Shown here piece by piece: positions 57,849-64,000 of a DNA stretch of 64,000 nt (positions are counted from its first letter, which is position 1; every line of letters starts with the position of its first letter). The position numbers and the translations under genes were made by a program. Below the pieces are notes generated by a model that did not search any database, had not been told where the DNA came from, and worked only from the letters and a program-made list of their open reading frames with translations. Source of the stretch: Candidatus Liptonbacteria bacterium (lineage in GTDB: Bacteria; Patescibacteriota; Minisyncoccia; UBA6257; 2-01-FULL-56-20); the NCBI GenBank assembly GCA_023244895.1, contig JAHFLL010000001.1, positions 745,802 to 809,801 of the forward strand, read 5' to 3'.

Positions 57849-59153
57849 TCAAAGACCCATTGCCTCTTCTACAATCCTTCTATCACTCCAGGGAATCTTC
57901 TTACCACCCGCAACGCACATCCAAACCTCTCCACCCTTGCCACTTATAACCACTACGTCCCCAGAGGCGGCCCCTTGGACTGCCATTTTAATCGCTTCCG
58001 CCCGATCTATTATTTTTTTGGTCTTGGCGCGCTGTTTCTCTGGAATACTATTTTCAATATCGTTCACTATTCTTTCTGGATTATCATCATAGGGATCTTC
58101 GTTGGTTAAAATCAATTCATCGCAAACACCGGCCGCAATCTTTCCCATCTCGCCCCGCTTCCATTCGTCCCTGCCTCCGCCCTGCGCGCCAAGAATGCCA
58201 ATTATGCGCTTGGGTGAAAGTAATTTAACCGCATCATAGAGGGCCTGCAGGCTGGCTGGTTCGTGGGCGTAATCCACCACCACCCGCACACCCTTACTCT
58301 CCAAAACTTCAAATCTGCCCGGAACAGGCTTGGCGCTTAGCAGTGTTTGAGCGATAGTGCCAGGCGATATTTTTTGAGAAAGCGCCACGCACACCGCCGC
58401 CGCAGAATTTAAAACGTTAAACTTACCTACCAGCGGTACTTCGTATTTATTCCCTCCCATAGAGAAAGATGATTTACTCGCAGAAAGGCTTATGCCTGAG
58501 ATTTGGTACTGATTGGCTTCCGGCAAATTGGGGTTGGGGAGAGCAGCGGTTATGCCGTAGCCGTAGCGGTAGCGCACGTCCGGCACAAAAAACATTTCCA
58601 CATTCTCGTCATCCAAATTATATACGCCCACTCCGTCGTTTTTCCGGGCAATTTGCTCAAAAAGTTTTATCTTGGCCGCGCGATAATTCTCAAACCCGCC
58701 ATGCCGTTCAATATGTTCCGGGGAAAGGTTTGTAAAAACGGCAATGCGGTAGTCAATGAAACGCTGGCGATGTTGCAATATTCCTTCCGAAGAAGTTTCT
58801 ATGACCGCGTATCTACAGTTCGCGCCCACCATCTTGCGCATTAAGCCCTGAAGAGCGAAGCGACCCAACATGGTTTGCTTGGTGTCGTTCACCCACTCCT
58901 TATCGTCTATTCTAAAATTTACCGTGGTTGCTAGACCGACTTTATATCCCGCCCCGGCGAGTATTTGAGCGATCAAATTACAGGTGGTGGTCTTGCCCTT
59001 AGTGCCCGTAACGCCTATCACAATCATCCTGCGTGATGGAAAGCCGTAAAAAGCCGCTCCCAGCCAAGCCAGAGAAAGATGGTATAGGGACAAAAGACGA
59101 GGCGAGTTATATAACCAGTTAAAACCTGGTATTTTTTTAAGGATAGAGGGCAT
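57849..59153 (-). CDS. murE: UDP-N-acetylmuramyl-tripeptide synthetase
   Basis: GVTGTKGKTTT, ETSSEG, TNLSPEH, VDYAH, GGRD. Confidence 0.9.
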   Translation of the reverse strand: MPSILKKIPGFNWLYNSPRLLSLYHLSLAWLGAAFYGFPSRRMIVIGVTGTKGKTTTCNLIAQILAGAGYKVGLATTVNFRIDDKEWVNDTKQTMLGRFALQGLMRKMVGANCRYAVIETSSEGILQHRQRFIDYRIAVFTNLSPEHIERHGGFENYRAAKIKLFEQIARKNDGVGVYNLDDENVEMFFVPDVRYRYGYGITAALPNPNLPEANQYQISGISLSASKSSFSMGGNKYEVPLVGKFNVLNSAAAVCVALSQKISPGTIAQTLLSAKPVPGRFEVLESKGVRVVVDYAHEPASLQALYDAVKLLSPKRIIGILGAQGGGRDEWKRGEMGKIAAGVCDELILTNEDPYDDNPERIVNDIENSIPEKQRAKTKKIIDRAEAIKMAVQGAASGDVVVISGKGGEVWMCVAGGKKIPWSDRRIVEEAMGL

Positions 59154-59728
59154 TATTTTCCGCTTAATATTTTGAACGCCGCCTTAAGCCTGTCTTCTAG
59201 TCCGGATGTTTCTTTGCCCACCTTCTCTAATGCCGCTTTGGCCTGCTCGCGGCGATAACCCAGACTAACTAAGGTTTCAATAAGATCGGAGTCTGCGTCC
59301 ATTCTGCGCACGCTCGCGTTCGCTCCGGTGGTTGCAACTTTATTGCGCAAGTCTAATATTATCCTCTCCGCGGTCTTGCGCCCAATGCCCGACGCCTGAG
59401 TTAAGAGATCGGGACGCCCCTCCTGGATGGCCGCAGTTAAGCCCTGCAGATCGGATATGTCCATTATAGAAAGAGCCGATTTTGGGCCTACGCCGGAGAC
59501 AGATATGAGCTGTTCGAATAGGTCTAGTTCTGGTTCGGTTAAAAACCCATATAAATCCATGGAGTCCTCCCGAACATGGAAGTGGCAGAATAAAAAAGCC
59601 TCCTCGCCCACCCGGAGCGTGGCGAGTGCTCGCGCATGGCTAAAAACCTTATAGCCCAATCCACCTGTTTCCATGACCGCAAATTGGCCTATTTTGGCGG
59701 AAACCATGCCCCGCACGGAATAAATCAT
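59153..59728 (-). CDS. ruvA: Holliday junction protein RuvA
   Basis: HVRED..LYGF, VSGVGPKSAL, GIGRKTAERI. Confidence 0.96.
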   Translation of the reverse strand: MIYSVRGMVSAKIGQFAVMETGGLGYKVFSHARALATLRVGEEAFLFCHFHVREDSMDLYGFLTEPELDLFEQLISVSGVGPKSALSIMDISDLQGLTAAIQEGRPDLLTQASGIGRKTAERIILDLRNKVATTGANASVRRMDADSDLIETLVSLGYRREQAKAALEKVGKETSGLEDRLKAAFKILSGK

Positions 59729-59861
59729 AAAGTCATTATATCCCTTACGGGGCAGAATTAGAATAAAGAATCAGATGGGGAGCATCTTGATTTTATAAAC
59801 AGTTGCTGGTATTATATTCTCCGTCCTAATTCTTAATTCACAATTCATAATTCTCTAAGAG

Positions 59862-60125
59862 ATGCCTATCACCAAATCAGCTAAGAAGGCCTTGCGCCAA
59901 AATGTTACCCGCCACGCGCGCAACACTAAGCACCGCAAGACCATGAAAGACACCATAAAGACCTACCGCAAGTTGGTCTCTCAAAAGAAGGTGGAAGAGG
60001 CCCAAAAGATGTTGCCCCGAGTCTTCCAACTGCTGGATAAAACTGTTAAAACCGGCGTCATCAAGAAAAACGCCGCCAATCGCTTAAAGTCTAGACTGTC
60101 TAAGAAAGTCTCTGTGAAGAAATAA
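59862..60125 (+). CDS. rpsT: 30S ribosomal protein S20
   Basis: MPITKSAKKALRQ, IKKNAANRLKSRL. Confidence 0.96.
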   Translation: MPITKSAKKALRQNVTRHARNTKHRKTMKDTIKTYRKLVSQKKVEEAQKMLPRVFQLLDKTVKTGVIKKNAANRLKSRLSKKVSVKK

Positions 60126-60157
60126 TCAAAACCCCCGCCAGAGCGGGGGTTTTGATT
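60124..60157. terminator. Bidirectional terminator
   Basis: AATCAAAACCCCCGC-CAGA-GCGGGGGTTTTGATT. Confidence 0.8.
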
Positions 60158-60955
60158 TCAGGACAATACCATATCTAGCAGTACTTCTTCGTACTCACAC
60201 TTGCCCGACTTAACCGCTAAGTCGTATTTAGCCATAATCTCCGCACGATCGTACCACTGCGCAGAAATGATGTTGAATATTTTGGCAGCTGGCTCGTTAC
60301 TTAAGAAAAGTTGCTCTAAGGCTCGTAAGCGTATTTTTACGTCCGAACTTTTAAGAGCCATAAGGGTTGGGAAAAAATCCGGCAGAGTTTCCAGCCCAAG
60401 CCTTTCCAAGTCCGACTTATTAATCTCTTTCTTGCCTATAAGAGAGATCTTATCCAGCTCCGTAGTTAATCTCCAAGAATCCCCCTCGTAAACTTCCTCC
60501 AGAAATTCCACCGCCTCGGGAGTTGCTTGCACCTTACGAACCGCAATCTCCCGCTTGACGAACTTGCTCCAGTCCGCGCCTTTAAGCTTGTCAAATTTCT
60601 GCTCTAAAACCTCTTTGTTCTTCTCACCTTTTTGACGTAGAAAAGTCCAAGGAGAGAGAGGCGCCTCATTCTCCGATAAAATTATAAATATGGTCTTGGA
60701 TTTCTGAGCTTGCTTAACCGCCCCTACCAGATTTTTATCTTTGCTTTGGTTGATAGCGGAGACTAGAGCTAATTTGTATGGCTCAAAAATAGATTGGCTA
60801 ACCAAAAAATCCGCCAGCGCGGAATCCTCCCCGGGCTCGTCTAAGCTAAACCTACGAATTCCCAGATTGGAATGTTTCTTGGAAAAGTCCGCGATTAACT
60901 CGCGCTCTTTCTCCCGCCTACGATAGTCATCCGCTCCCCAGAGTAAAATGGTCAT
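60158..60955 (-). CDS. holA: DNA polymerase III delta subunit
   Basis: LLWGADDY, QSIFEP, LTTELDKI; convergent with rpsT. Confidence 0.8.
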   Translation of the reverse strand: MTILLWGADDYRRREKERELIADFSKKHSNLGIRRFSLDEPGEDSALADFLVSQSIFEPYKLALVSAINQSKDKNLVGAVKQAQKSKTIFIILSENEAPLSPWTFLRQKGEKNKEVLEQKFDKLKGADWSKFVKREIAVRKVQATPEAVEFLEEVYEGDSWRLTTELDKISLIGKKEINKSDLERLGLETLPDFFPTLMALKSSDVKIRLRALEQLFLSNEPAAKIFNIISAQWYDRAEIMAKYDLAVKSGKCEYEEVLLDMVLS

Positions 60956-61018
60956 AGGTCATTTACCTCCACCCCAATCGAGAATATCTCCAATCAATTG
61001 GCTTAGGGGGCGTGCTCA

Positions 61019-62758
61019 CTATTTGCTCTTCTTAACTGTGGTTCGTGCCTCTTTTTTGCTCCCGTTTTTTGGCTTTGAGACTGGCTGCTTCCTCGCAATC
61101 TTCACCTTTTGATCTTCCTCTCCGTAAGCGGTATTGTTTACCGCTCTTAAAAACTCCACGAATAGTGGATGGGGACGCAGGGGTCGCGACTTTAGTTCGG
61201 GATGAAACTGGGTACCCAAAAAGAAAGGATGCTTGTCGCGGGGCAGCTCTGCCACCTCCATTAACTTACGGTTAGGAGAAATTCCAGAAAACACCAGGCC
61301 CGCTTTTTCTAGTTGAGCGATAAATTCCGGATTAACCTCATAACGATGACGATGTCGTTCTGAGATGGAAAGCGTGCCATAAGCATGAGCCACAATGGTG
61401 CCCTTTTTAAGTTGGGCGGGGTAAGCACCCAGGCGCATAGTCGCGCCGTAGTCTTTATTCACCAGGTTTTTCTTCTGCTCCGGCATAATATCTATGACCG
61501 GATGCTTGGTTTTGGGATCTACCTCGGTCGTATGCGCGTCTTGCCAGCCCAAAATATCTCGCGCGTATTCCACGGTCGCAATCTGCATGCCGTAGCAAAG
61601 ACCAAAGTAAGGGATTTGGTGCTCGCGGCAGTAACGCGCCACTCGAATCTTGCCCTCTACCCCTCTTTTCCCAAACCCACCCGGGACAATTATGCCATCA
61701 TAACGAGCTAGATCGCGCACGCGCCGAGGGTCTTTCTCAAACTCTTCCGCGTTTAACCAAGTTATTTCGGGCTTAACTTTTATTTTCGCCCCAGCGTGCT
61801 TGATGGCCTCAATCACGGAAATATAAGAGTCTTCCAGCATAAAACTACCGCTATCAAAGTATTTACCCACGATACCGATCTTCACTACTTTTTCGGAATC
61901 ATTGATTGCGGCCACCATTTGTCTCCACTCTCTAAGGTCGGTCGCCTTGGGCTTTATGTCCAGTTTGTGTAATATTCTATCGCTCAGTTTTACCTTCTCA
62001 AAATTTAAAGCCACCTCATACACGCTCCTCGCGTTGGGCGCGGAGATGACGTCGTCTTTAGAGGCCAAACCACAGACAAAAGCTATTTTCTCCCTCCTCT
62101 TCTCATCCAGCGCAATTGGCGCGCGGCCAAAAATTAAATCTGCTTGCAAGCCGCCTGCGTTCAAGGTGCGAGCCGCGTATTGGGTCGGTTTGGTTTTAAG
62201 CTCCGTTCCGCCCGCAGTGAGAGATGGCACCAAGCTAACCAGTATTAAAAGAACATCTTTAGGTCTTTTTATTTTTAAGATCCTAACCGCTTCCAGAAAA
62301 AGAATGTTTTGATACTCCCCCGCGGTCCCGCCAATTTCTACGATAACTACGTCTGCCCTGCTTTTTTTCTCGGCTGCCTGTATGCGCCGAATAACTTCTA
62401 GCGGAATGTCCGGCACAACCTCCACGCACCTGCCGTTATAGCCCAAGTTTCTTTCCCTATTAATTACGCTCAAATATATACTCCCCGTAGTCATGTAGTT
62501 GTCCCGGGATAGATCCTGATCCAAGAACCTCTCATAGTTACCCATGTCCTGGTCGCACTCCGTGCCATCATCCAGCACAAAAGTTTCGCCGTGCTCGGTA
62601 GGATTCATGGTGCCGGCATCTACGTTCACATAGGGATCTATTTTTATAGCAGTAACCCGCAAGCCCCGCGCTTGCAGTATCTTGCCGATGGAAGCGGAGG
62701 TTATGCCCTTACCTACGCCCGAGATAACTCCCCCAACTACGAAAATATATTTGGCCAT
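61019..62758 (-). CDS. pyrG: CTP synthase
   Basis: GGVISGVGKG, KIDPYVN, GLCYGMQ, ERHRHRYE, QFHPE. Confidence 0.97.
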   Translation of the reverse strand: MAKYIFVVGGVISGVGKGITSASIGKILQARGLRVTAIKIDPYVNVDAGTMNPTEHGETFVLDDGTECDQDMGNYERFLDQDLSRDNYMTTGSIYLSVINRERNLGYNGRCVEVVPDIPLEVIRRIQAAEKKSRADVVIVEIGGTAGEYQNILFLEAVRILKIKRPKDVLLILVSLVPSLTAGGTELKTKPTQYAARTLNAGGLQADLIFGRAPIALDEKRREKIAFVCGLASKDDVISAPNARSVYEVALNFEKVKLSDRILHKLDIKPKATDLREWRQMVAAINDSEKVVKIGIVGKYFDSGSFMLEDSYISVIEAIKHAGAKIKVKPEITWLNAEEFEKDPRRVRDLARYDGIIVPGGFGKRGVEGKIRVARYCREHQIPYFGLCYGMQIATVEYARDILGWQDAHTTEVDPKTKHPVIDIMPEQKKNLVNKDYGATMRLGAYPAQLKKGTIVAHAYGTLSISERHRHRYEVNPEFIAQLEKAGLVFSGISPNRKLMEVAELPRDKHPFFLGTQFHPELKSRPLRPHPLFVEFLRAVNNTAYGEEDQKVKIARKQPVSKPKNGSKKEARTTVKKSK

Positions 62759-62865
62759 ACTGGTTTAATTTGCAATTGCTCTAATTATTCTAATCTCTAA
62801 AAGTTCCCAACTCCTTAGGCTTAGATCTGTTAGGAATTAGGTTAATTAGATCAATTTCGACATCC

Positions 62866-64000
62866 CTATTCTAACGCCATCTCCTGGGTTGGGACAAGGG
62901 TTGAGTCGGTCGGCAGGGTAAGGTGGAATGTGGAGCCTCTGCCCGGCTGAGATTCGGCCCACATCTGCCCCCCATGGGCCCGCACGATATTGCGGGCGAT
63001 ATAAAGCCCCAGTCCGGAACCATCCGCCTGGAACTTTACCGCGTTTTCAGCCCGGAAAAACTTACTAAAAAGCTTGTCCATCTGCTCCTGGGGCACGCCA
63101 ATACCAGTATCCTTCACGCTCACGTCTACAAAGGGTCCTTGGGGTGTCTTTTTTATGCTGACGACGATCTCTCCGTTTTGCACATTATACCGAACCGCAT
63201 TATCAAGCAGATTAGAAAGCACCATAGATATTTTTTGAGGATCTATGGAGATAGAGGGTAAGGGGTCGGAGGGACGATCAAAATATATTTTTAACCCCGC
63301 CTTCTCTATCTGAGGCATCGCCTCCGACAAAATTTGCCCCACATAATCCACAATATCCATAGGTTGGAAGTTATATCCGAATCGCCCCTCCTCAATGCGA
63401 GAAGCGTTCAGGAGGTCTTCCACTATGTTTTTCATCTTACGCGCGGAGGTTAGCGCGTTTTTGGCTATATCCTGATTGGAAGCATCCAAGCCCTGGTCCT
63501 GAGCAATGGTTTCCATGGCCCAGTTGAGTTCGGTAATGGGGGTGCGCAACTGGTGGGAAGCGACCGCGATAAATTCGCTTTTGGATTTTATTAGCGTCAC
63601 TTCGCGAGTACGATCGTGGATGATTTTCATGAACCCCAGGATTTGTCCGTTCTCGTCCGCCATGGGCGCGGTCGCGACCCTAAGCTCGCAAGCTGGGTCC
63701 GCGAAAGACAAGTCCGCTATTTGGGGATACTCTCCCGCCTTTGAGCGCAGGGCAAGACTGGGCGCGAGAGACGGAAATATTACTTGCGCCAGCAATTGGA
63801 GGGATTTATTTTCTACGTCTTGCGGTTGCAAAACATGCCCAATCATCTCTTCGGTTTTAAGTCCAAATAAAGATTCCGCGGCGCGGTTAAAAAATGTAAT
63901 ACGAAAATTTTGGTCGTAAGCTATCAATCCATCCTGCAGACCACCCACAATACTTTTAAGCTCACTGCGCTCCATCTTGGTCTTGTAATTGACCTTACCC
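62866..64000 (-). CDS. PAS sensor histidine kinase; frame open to window edge (N-terminus truncated)
   Basis: ASHQLRTP, NLLDNAVRY, DTGIG, GSGLGL. Confidence 0.92.
   Translation of the reverse strand, partial: GKVNYKTKMERSELKSIVGGLQDGLIAYDQNFRITFFNRAAESLFGLKTEEMIGHVLQPQDVENKSLQLLAQVIFPSLAPSLALRSKAGEYPQIADLSFADPACELRVATAPMADENGQILGFMKIIHDRTREVTLIKSKSEFIAVASHQLRTPITELNWAMETIAQDQGLDASNQDIAKNALTSARKMKNIVEDLLNASRIEEGRFGYNFQPMDIVDYVGQILSEAMPQIEKAGLKIYFDRPSDPLPSISIDPQKISMVLSNLLDNAVRYNVQNGEIVVSIKKTPQGPFVDVSVKDTGIGVPQEQMDKLFSKFFRAENAVKFQADGSGLGLYIARNIVRAHGGQMWAESQPGRGSTFHLTLPTDSTLVPTQEMALE

Overview
A 64-kb chromosomal segment with the gene content of a Patescibacteria (CPR, Parcubacteria-like) genome; the taxonomy is inferred from gene content and the code is standard. 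Bases 1-15 kb hold a minus-strand surface-glycan locus: split transketolase, aldo/keto reductase, three Fcl-like SDRs, a ColD-like dehydratase, GmhA, three CgeB-type glycosyltransferases, Gmd and an O-antigen-ligase-like protein. The rest is mostly AT-richer core genes (rny, gpmI, secG, rnj, trpS, ileS, argS, smpB, infC-rpmI-rplT, murE, ruvA, rpsT, holA, pyrG) plus tRNA-Leu(CAG) and tmRNA. Main observations: (1) a complete tRNA-Arg(CCG) nested inside the anticodon loop of a second, distinct tRNA-Arg, held by an 11-bp inverted repeat; (2) a ~430-bp integrase-free GIY-YIG islet at the tmRNA 3' end with a duplicated 3' end; (3) about eight GC-rich, SD-led orphan cassettes, including two beta-barrel-like proteins, dispersed among core genes that look leaderless; (4) a ~640-bp chain of hairpins that may be an ncRNA; (5) an IleRS with an inserted histidine-phosphatase domain and heptamer repeats inside its coding sequence. 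All calls come from reading the sequence and known motifs; no searches or folding programs were run.
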